A DNA stretch of 62,364 nt, filler included, from Globobulimina sp. (GCA_003354225.1; 26 parts of 26 records of this genome joined end to end with filler, not necessarily neighbours in it); one strand, 5' to 3'; counted from the whole stretch's first letter, positions 23,541 to 35,946 are shown. The notes: a model not told the origin generated them from the sequence alone. A program made the numbers and translations.

Positions 23541-24034
23541 CGAAGGTGATAAGTTAGCACGGTGAGGTAAATCCCTCCATGATGAATAACAATGATCAAT
23601 CGATCGCGAACATTTTAAAACAATATGAGGAGGTATTACGAATCAGGTAGGAAGGTGATCTTGAAATTTTGTTCATGCAGTCATTTTCCCTTTCAATGTG
23701 TGTCAGCATTGTGTGTAAAATTGAAAATCGGCTGTTTGTATCCCCTGCAGTGAAATAGATTTGTTCAAAGTTATTTGTTAATAGTTATTCGTTAATTGTA
23801 CAAAGGAATAATATCATTCTTTAATTTTTTTATTTACCAAAGAGTATTGCGCTGGCGAAGATACTACTTCTACCCTAACCTGCAGAAGGAAGCGAGAATG
23901 TCTGGAAACTATCACAAATTGCTTAAAATTGATTNNNNNNNNNNNNNNNNNNNNNNNNNNNNNNNNNNNNNNNNNNNNTTAATTAATTAANNNNNNNNNN
24001 NNNNNNNNNNNNNNNNNNNNNNNNNNNNNNNNNN

Positions 24035-25548
24035 GCTTTTGTGTCGGTGACCCTGTTGGTGTTATTATTGGACTATTTGTTGGAACATTGGATGGAAATG
24101 TTTGTATCGGAGTCTTTGTCGGTGTGTAAGTTGCCTTTTTGGATGGATTTAATGCTCCCGATTTTGTTGGTGCTATACTTGCATTTCTTGATGGATTGGA
24201 CGTAACATTTGGTGTCGAAATACAAATCGTAGTGGCGTTACCTACGTAGTTCAAAACGCAAAAATCCAAAACATTTCTTTGAAAATGTCCACCTGCACAT
24301 ATGACACATTTCAAATGTTACATACTTGCACAGATCCCATCCCATTCAGTCTCACAACAAAATGAGTCCGCAGCACAAATCTCCATTTCACACTGCGTAT
24401 CCACAGCACATCCAACAACATCATATTGCGCATTCATACAATCGCCATGACAACACTCCTTATACACTGTCGGCGGAGTGGCAGTGCCCACATCAGTCTC
24501 CGTCGTCGGTATCGCAGTGGCAGCTGTATTGGGCGCAGTGGTCGGTACCGCCGTGAGAACATCACAGATCTCCCTCCCATTACTCCTACTGATTGTGCCA
24601 TCATTGCAATCCACATTACTGCCGTCACAGCCTAGCCCATCGCACGTGTTCCTGCTGAAAGAGCCGCCATCACACATAGTCGGACAAGCGCCGCCACCGC
24701 ATAAAGCATGATAAGGCTGCAGTGGATAGGTAGCGGCAGTCTTAGATTGACTCATATAATCAGATTGGCATTGCGTGCGATCAGTCATACAGCTGCTACA
24801 AGAACTGCCTGCTTCGTATGGTGCGACGCTGTTGAAATTACCTGCGGGCCAATAGTTGCAGACAAAAAGTGCGGCCCAGCCCCCGCTGCTGCAGCCGTTG
24901 GCATAGCCACAGCCAATATATCTAGTATTGGCCCATATGAGTTGCGTGTAATGGCCACACATTGCGCCACTCTGACAGCCACTGTTATGGCTCCCGAATG
25001 TCCAGTATCGGTACTCATCGAACCAACCTGTTTCGATCTGAGAGAGTATGGTGGCTACGGTGTAAGCGCCAGAGAAGACTGCGATGTTCTCACCAACAGG
25101 GATGCAATCCTGACCAGAGCAAAAGTTCGACAGTTTTTGGGTGTCTGCGCCCCATTTGACAGTGCCTGTGTTGCGCTGAGCTAAGTACGTTATGCCTGCG
25201 TGGCTATTATGGCTCAAACCGGGACAGGTTTCTGCATAGCTTTGAGCTACGTTTTGTAAGCCAGTATCCCAAATTAGACTGTTCATTCCTGTGGCCGGTG
25301 GGTGGCCTGCTCCTGATAAGCCACCGCCTGCCACGCGGTGACGACTGTTGATGTGTTTGTGTTTGTGCAAATTGCGTGTGTGTTGATGTGATATTTACAT
25401 ACAGTTCGTTGTGAAGATCTAATATTTTCTGCTTTTCTAGCGTGGAGAATGGTGTACATGTTGCGTCACTACAATCGGATGAGAGTGGGGATACTGAGGG
25501 AATCGATAAATAAGATGATAGTAAAACAGTAAGAAAGTAGCATGCCAT
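24035..25548 (-). CDS. Secreted CAP/SCP (PR-1/antigen 5) protein with Cys-rich and Pro/Thr stalk regions; introns 25345-25402 and 24242-24325
   Basis: Signal peptide, ILDLHNELR after splicing, VGENIA, CGHYTQLIWANTRYIGCG, FVCNYWPAGNF and PT repeats. Confidence 0.93.
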
Positions 25549-25720
25549 GATTGCTAGTACTGTTACTTAGGTGATTTTCATTTCAGTTTTTTTAGATATT
25601 TATTTAGGCACTTTATTTGTGTTCTTGAGTTGCATACAAATTTATTTGTATACATAGCAATGGAAAATAAGCAATGCATGCAAAATCTCAATCGGAATTA
25701 AATAGATTTAATGAGTGTTA

Positions 25721-26155
25721 TTATGCTTTGACTTTTCCAATCAGAAAATCCTTATTTGCCTGATCAATTACTTCAGGCGGATGTAGAGCAGTTTTGAAAT
25801 CTGCAGTTGCGTCATCGCCAGCTACGCCTAACAGAGATAAAATACCGCCTGGATGTTTGTCCATAAATTTGGTTATGTCATAAACCAAACCATTCAAAAT
25901 AACCCAAATCCCTTCGCGTTTGTTATGTTTTCTAATCTCTTCCAATGTATATTCAGTTAACTTATCCAAATCGACATTTTGCTGTTGAGATGCATTGGGT
26001 TCCTCTTTCTTGTCGTCTTTAGCTTTCTTTTTTGTAGCAAAAAATGATTAAAAAGATACGTAATAAACTTAGGAAGCAAGAGTAACTTTTGTGTTAGGTT
26101 GCTTGTTTTCCTTTTGTGCGCTCTGTCCTTTTTCCTTGCTTGTCGAAGAACCCAT
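25721..26155 (-). CDS. Cytochrome b5 (124 aa) with an N-terminal MGSSTSK motif and no C-terminal TM anchor; intron 26027-26086
   Basis: YTLEEIRKHN..IWVILNGLVYDITKFMDKHPGG..AGDDATADF..LH..IGKV. The upstream exon splices in frame. Confidence 0.9.
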
Positions 26156-26265
26156 TATTACTGAGTTTCGTGTTTTTGATGAAAAGCTAAAGTTTACTAC
26201 AAACCCTAATAATCTGTGATAACTATTTGACTTTTTAGGCTTAAACTTCTAAACACTTCTTTTGT

Positions 26266-26337
26266 GATTGGCAAGGTTTTTGGGTTAGCTAGAGTGGTTT
26301 TCAACCTAGTATTCGAAGTTGACCTAGGTTTCGAATC
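26266..26337. repeat. Second copy (one arm) of the 9357-9516 palindrome family, at a contig end
   Basis: GTTTTTGGGTTAGCTAGAGTGGTTTTCAACCTAGTATTCGAAGTTGACCTAG is nearly identical to the left arm of copy 1. Confidence 0.95.
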
Positions 26338-26781
26338 NNNNNNNNNNNNNNNNNNNNNNNNNNNNNNNNNNNNNNNNNNNNTTAATTAATTAANNNNNNN
26401 NNNNNNNNNNNNNNNNNNNNNNNNNNNNNNNNNNNNNGTGACCATTAATTCCCAGTCCTTATCCAAGAATGAACCTGCATACGCGATAAATGTTTCTTTT
26501 GTACATTTAACAAAAACACCAAGTATGATTCCGCCTGAATATAATCTGAATTTGCATTGATTTGTATGGATTGTTTCTGATGAATACTAAAAGTTTTTTT
26601 CTGTACTTTGACTAGTCATTAACGATGATGGTTTATTCAAGAAATTCGGACATCTCGCGGGGGTTCAGAATGGGGGCTGCATAGCTCCCCTCGAAATATA
26701 TAAACCCAATATACTCTGCCTCACTCGACAGTTGTTACTGCACAAAGTGATGCTGCAAAGTCTGCAAACGCAGATATCTTT

Positions 26782-26893
26782 GTGTCTGTTGATGATGTGA
26801 TGAAAACGCCACAATTGTGGTTGGTTTTTACTACATTATTGTCGACAGATACTGTAGGTATGGGATTGATGTCGGGCTAAGGATGTGATCTAG
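26782..26893 (+). pseudogene. Degenerate fragment resembling an OFA-type MFS transporter
   Basis: VSVDDVMKTPQLWLVFTTLL..VGMGLMS, then a frameshift/stop. It resembles the KTPQFWLL motif that opens the second MFS half. Confidence 0.35.
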
Positions 26894-26917
26894 TCATCGA
26901 GGAACAGGCGCTTTAAT

Positions 26918-28219
26918 TTATAAAAAATATTGTAACATTATTTTACCAATGTTTGGGAAATAAAACAAAATTATTTCAATAGATTGTTGAATGTTTGATG
27001 GATACTCATCAATCATATCGGGAAAATATCTTTGTTTGATAATATTTGTTATATTTGTTGCATTAAATTTGTCATAAATATTCTCATCAATCTCAATTGT
27101 TTTGTCTTTTATTTTATGAATGAAACTAAATACGTCAATCCTTTCCTTTTCAACAAATAAATCTGATGCTTCATAATTATTCCCAATTCTAATTAAATAC
27201 TCAATATTCACATCAATACCGTTTATAATTAATAATTTTATTAAATATTCACAATTATTTTTAATTGCAATATGCAATGACGATTCTGTGATTTTTTCAC
27301 TAATAAAATTATATTCAGAACTACCTGACTTTTTAACGCTTTTCCGATTAACCGTTTCATGAAAAACATTAATATTTACTACATTTTTGCAGCAAACCAT
27401 CAATTGTTCAAAACCTTTAATATGATTATTCTTAATAATTTTATGTAGAATTGTATATTTTGTAGTGTGTCCACCAATAAATTTATTAAAATATCCATTC
27501 ACATTTATGGTAATATGTTGTTCTGTGAGTAAATATTCAAAAATTTCTGAATCAATTTTCGGACCAATGCAATCTAATAAAAAAGATGATTCTGACGATC
27601 CGTATGCCATTCCACCAAAATATGAAGTTTTATCATCGAAATGTATCATATCTTTACAATGATTTACCATTAATTTGAGCAAATCAATGTCATTTACAGC
27701 TATAATCATATCCATCATTGATACTCTCGTCCCACGATTTAACACATCACCACCTCGAAAATATTTAGTATTGATATAATTGCTGTTTATGTTTGGTAAT
27801 AAATATTCTTTTATAAATTGAACTAATTCTTTGTACTTAGGATAGTGTTTGCTTTCTTTGGATTTAATATATTCTAAATTTCGTAAGATATAATGTAATG
27901 CATGAGCTGTACCAAAATGTGGTCCCCATTTGATATATAAAGCATTGACTGACGATTCGATCAAATTAATTGCTAATTTAACATTACCTTTTGATATTGC
28001 ATCCAAATATCTGTCGTTATTATCTAAGCCGTTTTTATAATCGTTATCAGAAAATATTGTTCTCAGATCTTTAAATTGCTCAAACCCTCCATTTCGACCA
28101 CTGCTACGAAAACCAGTTACATAATATTGCTGCAGTATCAATAATATACCATCATCTTCAATATCAATATTTGGACATTCTTTTATGTCATCATCTTGTT
28201 CTTCGTGTGCAGACAACAT
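26918..28219 (-). CDS. Divergent ankyrin-repeat protein
   Basis: TILHKIIKNNHIKGFEQLM..NIN and SSLHIAIKNNCEYLIKLLIINGIDVN. Confidence 0.75.
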   Translation of the reverse strand: MLSAHEEQDDDIKECPNIDIEDDGILLILQQYYVTGFRSSGRNGGFEQFKDLRTIFSDNDYKNGLDNNDRYLDAISKGNVKLAINLIESSVNALYIKWGPHFGTAHALHYILRNLEYIKSKESKHYPKYKELVQFIKEYLLPNINSNYINTKYFRGGDVLNRGTRVSMMDMIIAVNDIDLLKLMVNHCKDMIHFDDKTSYFGGMAYGSSESSFLLDCIGPKIDSEIFEYLLTEQHITINVNGYFNKFIGGHTTKYTILHKIIKNNHIKGFEQLMVCCKNVVNINVFHETVNRKSVKKSGSSEYNFISEKITESSLHIAIKNNCEYLIKLLIINGIDVNIEYLIRIGNNYEASDLFVEKERIDVFSFIHKIKDKTIEIDENIYDKFNATNITNIIKQRYFPDMIDEYPSNIQQSIEIILFYFPNIGKIMLQYFL

Positions 28220-28404
28220 GATATTTATTGTTAATTCAAATAACGTTAGTTGAGTTGTATAATGTATACAGTTTACTTATTCAATATTGACTTGTACTGC
28301 AGTTGTATAATGTATACAAGATCGAAACAAAAAAAAGAGCTAGTCAACAAGAACAAATTCTATACAACAAAAAACGAGTGTAGGTGGTGATTCCGCATGC
28401 TTTG

Positions 28405-28740
28405 TCACTCCATTTTAATATATTTTTTATGTTTTTGATAATGTGAATATTTCGCACTCAAAACAGTAATACCAATTACCTCAATTACTAATTTCATGTT
28501 CCATATCCAAAACATAATGCTACATTGTTGTGGTTGAGTATTTATATTCATTTTAGAAGCACATAATATTCCAATCACACACCAAATAATAAAAAAACAA
28601 TATACCACAATCCAATAATATCTCTTATTGGTTAAATGATTCATAACAGTAAGTAAACCGCCATTTACTGCAACATATTCAAACATAAACCACACAATAA
28701 TATGAATAATGCACCCAACAAATATAAACTCATTTATATC
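28405..28740 (-). CDS. Small multi-TM protein, C-terminal fragment
   Basis: Hydrophobic ORF with FIIWCVIG..C..MFWIW near the contig edge. Confidence 0.45.
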   Translation of the reverse strand, partial: DINEFIFVGCIIHIIVWFMFEYVAVNGGLLTVMNHLTNKRYYWIVVYCFFIIWCVIGILCASKMNINTQPQQCSIMFWIWNMKLVIEVIGITVLSAKYSHYQKHKKYIKME

Positions 28741-28840
28741 NNNNNNNNNNNNNNNNNNNNNNNNNNNNNNNNNNNNNNNNNNNNTTAATTAATTAANNNN
28801 NNNNNNNNNNNNNNNNNNNNNNNNNNNNNNNNNNNNNNNN

Positions 28841-30378
28841 GTATTATCGGAAAGCTATATCTACACAACCCAAAAATGCAACATTTCATGGTATACATAT
28901 ATAGATGTTATATTTGATGAGTAATTAATTATTTTCTTTCTTTTTTTTAAGGCCGTTATGCGACATTATTACATATGAAATTAAATCGTTTAGCAGCAGC
29001 CAAAAAACATTATGAAATAGGATTAAATCTTCGTGGCGATATAAATGCGTTGCATTGCCATTATGGAAAGTTATTGTGCGATTTAGGCGGAGCTAAAAAT
29101 CACCACAAAGCTCAATATCATTTTACAAAATGTCTACAAATTTATGAAAGAGATGAAGAGTGTCATTTTTATTTTGGGCAATTGTTATATAAATTGGGTG
29201 ATATGATCAATGCAGAAAAACATATCAAGCAAGCATTGTATTTGCAAAATAAAGCGTATATTTGGCATTATTATTATTACGCTTTGATTTGTATCGAATT
29301 ATCAAGATTTGATGAAGCAAAGCAATATTTGCAAATCTGTTTAGATTTACAATATGTTTTTAAATCAATGAGTTGGGGCCGAATATATTTTGAATATGGT
29401 TTGTTATTAATGTTTATTTTTAATTCATATGAAATGGGTTTAAAATATATCGGAATGGCAATTAATTCATTTTCCAAAAAATCACAATCTCAATATGTAC
29501 AAATTTATGAAACCTTAAAAAATATCACAGATATAAACTCCTTTGATTTTTCTATTGAACTATACCATGAATATAGACAATCGAATAAAGATAAAGAGTT
29601 TATTGATAATAATGCTGTCTCAGTCAATAAAGCTAAAGCTGGTAATAATAATAATAAAAATAAGAAGAAAAACAGGAAGAATAAGAATAAGAATAATAAT
29701 CATAAAGAAACGATTTCAGAGCATAAAGAAATGAGTGATATCGACTCATCGTCGTCGTCGGAAAAATGGGATTTTTATTTAAATAATAATGATAAAGTCG
29801 ATAAAGATAAAGATCAATTATCAGATGATACGCTATCAAATTTATGTTTGCTGTCATTGTCATTGGATTCGCCACAATCTGCCTCCGGGAAATCATCATC
29901 AGCCAAATCGAAAAAAATTAGAAATGTAGAAACTGTAAAAAAATGTAGTGTAGAAAATGAATTTTGTCTTTTTTTGAAAACTATTGATTTAGAAAATTAT
30001 TATAATAAATTTAAAAATGCTTCAATTAATGATATCCGATTAATTGAACATATCGATCATAAATTTTTATCTAAAACCATTGGAATGACAGAGAATGAAA
30101 TAATTTGTTGGATGAATAATAAAAAAAAGTTAAAATCCGAACGTTTACATTTATTAAATAGATGGAAAAAATATGATCGATTTTTATATACGTTATTTTA
30201 CGATATTTTTTGTGAAAACGGAGTATTAACAATTCAATCATTTTTGTATTATTTTAAAAGACCAAAAGACATTTTATATTTAGTGAGTAATAATTATGAT
30301 CACGCAAAATCACTTTGGGAATTATTTCAAAATATAAAACAAAATGATCATACGATTAATTATCAAAAAAAAAATTAA
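28841..30378 (+). CDS. TPR-repeat protein with a C-terminal SAM-like domain, 5' truncated; intron 28891-28951
   Basis: TPR units (HCHYGKLL..KAQYHFTKCL; HFYFGQLL..AEKHIKQAL). SAM-like segment FLKTIDLENYYNKF..IGM. Confidence 0.85.
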
Positions 30379-30786
30379 ATGCTTATAATAATAAAATGAA
30401 TAAACAAATCCGAATAACTCCATATTGCAATTATTTAGATTTCAACAGAAAATCGAGATTTAAATTATTGCCTATTTAAGATTATTTTATTTTTTGTGTG
30501 TGTTTGGGGATAGGTTTTTTAGATTTATTTTAATTTTACACAACAAAATCACCAGACCTTACATACAATAATATCTTGAGCACACAGCAAAAACCTTACT
30601 TTAAAGATGAACATGTTTCATTTGAAACTGGGTATTGGTATTGGCACAACCAGCATGTTCGCAATTTTTATGTGCTTGGATTGGTACATAAGGTATATAC
30701 ATATGCATACAGGTTGATGATGAAATTATTCTTTTGGATTTTCAACAGAATTATATTGGACGCAAACGAAACTGCATATACAATAA

Positions 30787-31142
30787 GACAAAAACTATGG
30801 TTCTTTAATAGACAGAGGAAACCTTACAGTGTATGGTAAAGGAAAAGTTTCGAGATACCTGCTTACTGACCAATGGCACTATGTTTCATCACCGTTTAAT
30901 AATGTTAATAGTACTGAATTTGGTGATGAAATATACTATTATGATGAAGCTGTAGCAAGTGAAAACTGGTATAATGGTTGGGTACTTGCCGAAAATATTA
31001 AACTTGAGACTGCTCGTGGATATGATGTGTATAAATTCCAGGATGATATAGTTAATCTTGAAGGTGAATTTAATACTGGTGATATTAGTATAACTGTAAC
31101 TAATACTGATGGCATAGAGGTTGCAGATCACGAAGGCTGGAA
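30787..31142 (+). CDS. Bacteroidota-like secreted/surface protein fragment, probably foreign to the contig
   Basis: GSLIDRGNLTV..VSRYL..QWHYVSSPF...ARGY...GEFNTG...EGW resembles T9SS-cargo-type proteins. No start or splice context. Confidence 0.6.
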
Positions 31143-31242
31143 NNNNNNNNNNNNNNNNNNNNNNNNNNNNNNNNNNNNNNNNNNNNTTAATTAATTAANN
31201 NNNNNNNNNNNNNNNNNNNNNNNNNNNNNNNNNNNNNNNNNN

Positions 31243-32636
31243 CGCACATAGTTCAGCATCAATGTTGGATTCATTGTAGAATAATGTACGCCCGTTTCTT
31301 CTCCCTGTTGCCTGCAAATAAATATATATCCAAATACATTCATACACAAAAAACAATAGAAATAGAAATATAAATATACCAATCAATCCACCAAAAGTCA
31401 AATCCATGGTAGCTTCCATCTGCTTGCTCCATTATGGGAGTTTGTACGATGTCCTGTAACGTCAACATATAATTTTCATCCGTGACAGCAAAGGCGATGC
31501 CTTCTCCATTGCTAACACCCAATGCTTTGGCCGCTGGTTGATAGTACATCTCATAGTTCTGAATGCCATCACCATCGTGAATATTGGCAGTTGTTCGTAA
31601 GCCTTTCTTCTTAAACCAAGCTTGCGTCAAATTGTAATATGGAAAAAGTGCAGCATTCCATGTGTAACAACCCCTGAAAGCATTTCATTTAATAATCTGT
31701 AGACACAACAGCATGAATAACAAACCATGGACCATATAGATGCCAGTTCATATCCCATACAAATACATCCAGCGGAATATCGACAGCCTCATAGCTTTCA
31801 ACCACTTGTTTGGAGGATAAGTCGCTGTAATCATACCATCGGCTGTGCCATGAACCCAATGCATATCTGGGCACAACGCCGTGTTTGCCACTGATTAAAC
31901 TGAAATCTTTCAAAGCTTGTTTATAATCCATGCCATGGCCAAAAAAATACCAATCATGAATGTTCTGATTATCTGTATGCGACAACCAATCACCGTCAAA
32001 CATTGCTGTTTCTGTATCGTTAATCAGTGCAAATCCGTCGCGTCCAAATACTGCCCACGTACAATGTAAGTCGCTCCTTTTCTGTTGCAACAATTGAGAG
32101 CAGTTCAATGTTAATGGCGAGCCAACGCCATCCAAAGTCCTTATGGTTCCAAGCAAGTTCCGTGACAGAGCATTGTCCACATTTGGTCCTGAAATAAGAG
32201 TATGTTTTGGCAGATATATATATGTGCGTTTACGTTGTTGTTACGTACCAGATCCCGATGGTTTGTAAGTAAAATTAAAGCCATTGATATTGCCAACAAT
32301 TTGCAAGGAGGAAGACGTGAAATCTTGTCCTTGCGTATAGGTCAATGTTAAGTCGGTTGTTGTAATTGTTAATATTCCATTGGATGATGCATTGCTAAAT
32401 TGTGGAACTGCTGTTTTTCGGTTTAAAATTGCCGCAGATTGTCTGTTCTCAAATTTTCCATTTGGGTCATATTCACATCGGATCAAATTGGCTGTCAACA
32501 CAGTAAATCGAGCCCTTGGCGTTGATACCATCGCTTGTGAATTAGCTAACGGGTCATAATCAATTATTTGCCACGCTCCATAACAAAACTGCAAAATAAT
32601 TAACAATGCAACAGCGAAAAAATATGGAAAAGCCAT
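31243..32636 (-). CDS. Secreted GH31 alpha-glycosidase, 3' truncated; introns 32189-32248, 31674-31725 and 31312-31379
   Basis: ARFTVLT..LIRCEY, NLLGTIRTLD, DWYFFGHG, PRYALGSWHSRW, IPLDVFVWDMNWH. Splicing rebuilds WGCYTWN..LFP and the nucleophile motif FWWIDWQQG. Confidence 0.93.
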
Positions 32637-32836
32637 GATGTATTATAAAACAGTTTTTTTTCTAGTAGGGATGCCAGCAGCTGCAATCAAGTCAACTCTT
32701 GGAGTCTGTATTTTATCTCATAATCGCCGCCCAATTATAATCATCCAGTGGAACAGTCGCAGGCACAATGCACCGTTCATTCAATCAGGGAACAATACAT
32801 TTGCAGTTTGCACGAAGTATGTTAAGATATCTATAA

Positions 32837-33157
32837 ACAATCTGTTTTACGCACTCGTTACCCTTTAATTCAATCCGTTCTTTCTATGAACCCGTTGATA
32901 CAGGGACAACTGATCGGGCAATACAATTATTTAGTCAAACACCATATACAATTATTTTTTGCGGTCATTCTCACTCAAGCATACTTTTTCGATTGAAAAA
33001 CGGGGTTGTGACGCGTGAACAGATCCATACCAATGAACTGATTCGATTTAATTCTTCCGAGCGGTATATTGTGATTGTCGGATCTTCCGACAATGGTGAA
33101 TGCGGAATGTTTGATAAAGAACAAATGACTTACCAGAGAATTCCAATTAATCTGTAA
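32837..33157 (+). CDS. Bacterial-type metallophosphoesterase, C-terminal fragment (absent from the ORF track)
   Basis: ICFTHSLPF...IIFCGHSH...RYIVIVGS. Intronless, with no start codon. Confidence 0.65.
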   Translation, partial: TICFTHSLPFNSIRSFYEPVDTGTTDRAIQLFSQTPYTIIFCGHSHSSILFRLKNGVVTREQIHTNELIRFNSSERYIVIVGSSDNGECGMFDKEQMTYQRIPINL

Positions 33158-33235
33158 TTTTACAAATCACTTAAATTTAAAAATGTATTTTTCAAACGAT
33201 TGTCAATGTACAGAAACCAAGGCTGAATAAACAAT

Positions 33236-33544
33236 ATGACACATGTAAATATAAAAACCCTTGGTATTTGCCTGGGTGCTTCTACTATTTCTCTGGTACA
33301 GGTAGAAAAAAAATGTCCTGTCGTTGAAACCGATGCTCTTTATTCAAAAGATTCCGTTCGGATTATTGATTTTGAAACAATCTCCCATGCCGGTAATCCG
33401 AAACAAAAATTAAAATCAGCTTTAGCTTCCCTGGATTTATCTCAGTTTGACAGAATCGCGGCAACCGGCCGCAGGTTCAGGCATCTTGTGAATTTCTCAT
33501 CAATTGCAGAACCGGAAGCAGTTGAATACGCATACCAGTTTGTA
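33236..33544 (+). CDS. Bacterial BadF/BcrAD-type ATPase (2-hydroxyacyl-CoA dehydratase activator-like), N-terminal fragment
   Basis: LGICLGASTISLV...HAGNPK...IAATGRRFR...SIAEPEAVE shows the ASKHA activase pattern. Confidence 0.8.
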
Positions 33545-33644
33545 NNNNNNNNNNNNNNNNNNNNNNNNNNNNNNNNNNNNNNNNNNNNTTAATTAATTAA
33601 NNNNNNNNNNNNNNNNNNNNNNNNNNNNNNNNNNNNNNNNNNNN

Positions 33645-35946
33645 CGTCAAACTCAAACTGCCAAGTCACGCTATGATCCAAATCGATATTCAAAGAATCC
33701 TCATATAAAATCAACAATAAATAGCATTACTAATAGAAATACCAGTTCGTCCCTTTCAAATACAAACAGTAACAATAACAAATATTCAGTTGATATAAAT
33801 CGTTTACTTCATGGACAAAACAATAAATCATCGACCTCATCAACCACAAGCGAGCCGTCACCAAATCCAATTCCTTCAACACAGTCCACAGCATTCCCCA
33901 CTCGCCACATCACCACCAGATACACCAAAAAACAAAACAACAATAAAAATAATATCCGCCCGCCCACATCATCCATGTCCACATCAACCTCAATACCGTT
34001 AGCAAAGCGTATGCATAGCACACTAGACTCAAACAACAATGGCAACAATAATAATAACAACGACTACAAATCCAATGATCAAATACTAGACACATTTAAA
34101 AATATAAACTTATCCAATAAGTTCCAGTTATCCTCCAATAATAACTTAGTAGCCACAAAGCCTATAAACACAATAAATCGCATAACCGACACGCAATATA
34201 ACTTATCATTGATACGGCCAACGGACTGTGTCGTATTATATTGCCCTGTCGCTCATTGTTACGGTATGTTTCTACTTTATTTATATTTATTTATTCCGAT
34301 AGCAAACCACTTGTACATAAGTTTGCTATTTTTTTCCGATAACAAATTGTGAAAAACAGTTTGTGAGTTTCTTTAAACATTAATGTTTTCCACGTCATGT
34401 CATGTCATGTCTCGGCTTACACACTCACAATGCTTGAACCTGCGATATATACATAGTGTGTTTGAGTGACTTCGAAGAGGACAGTGGCATAAAAGAAAAA
34501 GAAGAGAAAAGCACAGAGTTATATTTAAAATGCGATGACATGGAAGGCGTTGGTTTGTTAATTGGCGAGACCTCCTTTACCGGCACTTGCAAATTTTTAA
34601 CAGATTGCAAAATCCAATTAATCACTGGCCAGGGCGGCTTATACAAGGACAGAAATCGTATAATAATCGACAGTAAACATGCTACGAAATTCATGTTACA
34701 GAAACATTCAAACCTAAATGACACCGGTTGTATGATGATTGGCCACAATGTATTGATATTTGTAGAAGCTTCGCGATCGAATAAAAAACAGTTTTGGTCC
34801 TATGATGCTGAGACAGAGACTATTATTTTGAAGGAATTATCACAGGCAAAGCCGACCCAAAATGAAATCTTTGTACTTCAAAAATACGGACAGCCGTTGC
34901 AACAATATGAGGCTCAGAAACCACAAGAGATGCAACATCTAAATATTGAGTTGTATAAATTGTCCACAAATATCCAGGAATTTTATTTATGCCATGACAT
35001 ACTGCGGGTTTTGTCCCGTCATAATTTCGATGGCGATTTTCTCAAATTTTCCTATGACGCAGTGTACGGATTTCCTAAAATAATATTTAATGCCAAGAAA
35101 TATGGAATTAAACCTCTTTTGGCGTCATCTGTCAATGCATTAACTCCATTGATTGAACATACAGCAAAAGTGCGGTATTTCACGTCGATTCATTCACGGA
35201 CGGAATATGGAATGGTTTCGCAAGCGTTTTGCTGCGAAATTGATAAACATTTGTGCGATTTTAATATATTGATTGTTCAGTTGGAGACGCGGCTAAATCG
35301 AAATGAATTAACTTTGCAGAACATGCGGTTTTATTTACAGCGCGCATCGAGAAGTATGAGTGCTTTGCATGCTATTTGCTATAAAATCCATTTGAATCAA
35401 TTTGATATTAATAAGAGCAGGAATGCGCATAAAAATACGTACTTAGGATCGCGTGGCGGTGCCTTGTTGAATATGATTAAGCACCACATTGATACGTCCG
35501 GTGAGAAGCATGTGGTTATTTTGTATAATAAGTTGCAGGAAGCAGCGCAAAAACCGTATTTTGAAATGCTGTCCAATTGGATTTACAGAGGCATTATCAC
35601 TGATATTTATGGCGAATTTATGATCAAAGAAAAGAAACATTTGAAGAAAGAGGATCTTGGCCAAGAATACAACAATGAATATTGGACCAGCAGATATTCA
35701 TTAAATGTGACTCAGATATTTCGAGGTTTGGTTAATTTGCTAATTTGCTTCTGTACATATTAAATGTGTTAATATTTGTAGGTGTGTCAGAGTATAAAGA
35801 TAAGATTGTGACAACTGGGAAATATCTGAATGTTATGAGAGAGAGTGGCTATCGGTACGATATTAATGAGCGGGATAAAGAGAATGGATATGAATTAATA
35901 AGGGAAGAGAGAGAATTATGTGAAATAATTGGAGCAAATAGTGATT
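33645..35946 (+). CDS. TUBGCP2: Gamma-tubulin complex component 2 (Spc97/GCP2), partial; introns 34264-34456 and 35726-35781
   Basis: EYGMVSQAFC, LTLQNMRFYLQ, RGGALLN, PYFEMLSNWIYRGIITDIYGEFMI, EYNNEYWTSRY, DKIVTTGKYLNVMRE. Confidence 0.88.

Noticed and set aside
24326-25184. Several antisense or overlapping ORFs over the CAP gene, and similar shadow ORFs elsewhere
   Set aside because: These are expected by-products of GC-richer or low-complexity coding sequence and show no motifs.
30693-30712. Possible 20-nt mini-intron GTATATACATATGCATACAG
   Set aside because: It is far shorter than all supported introns (52 nt or more), has no conserved motif to validate it, and lies next to a suspected chimeric junction.
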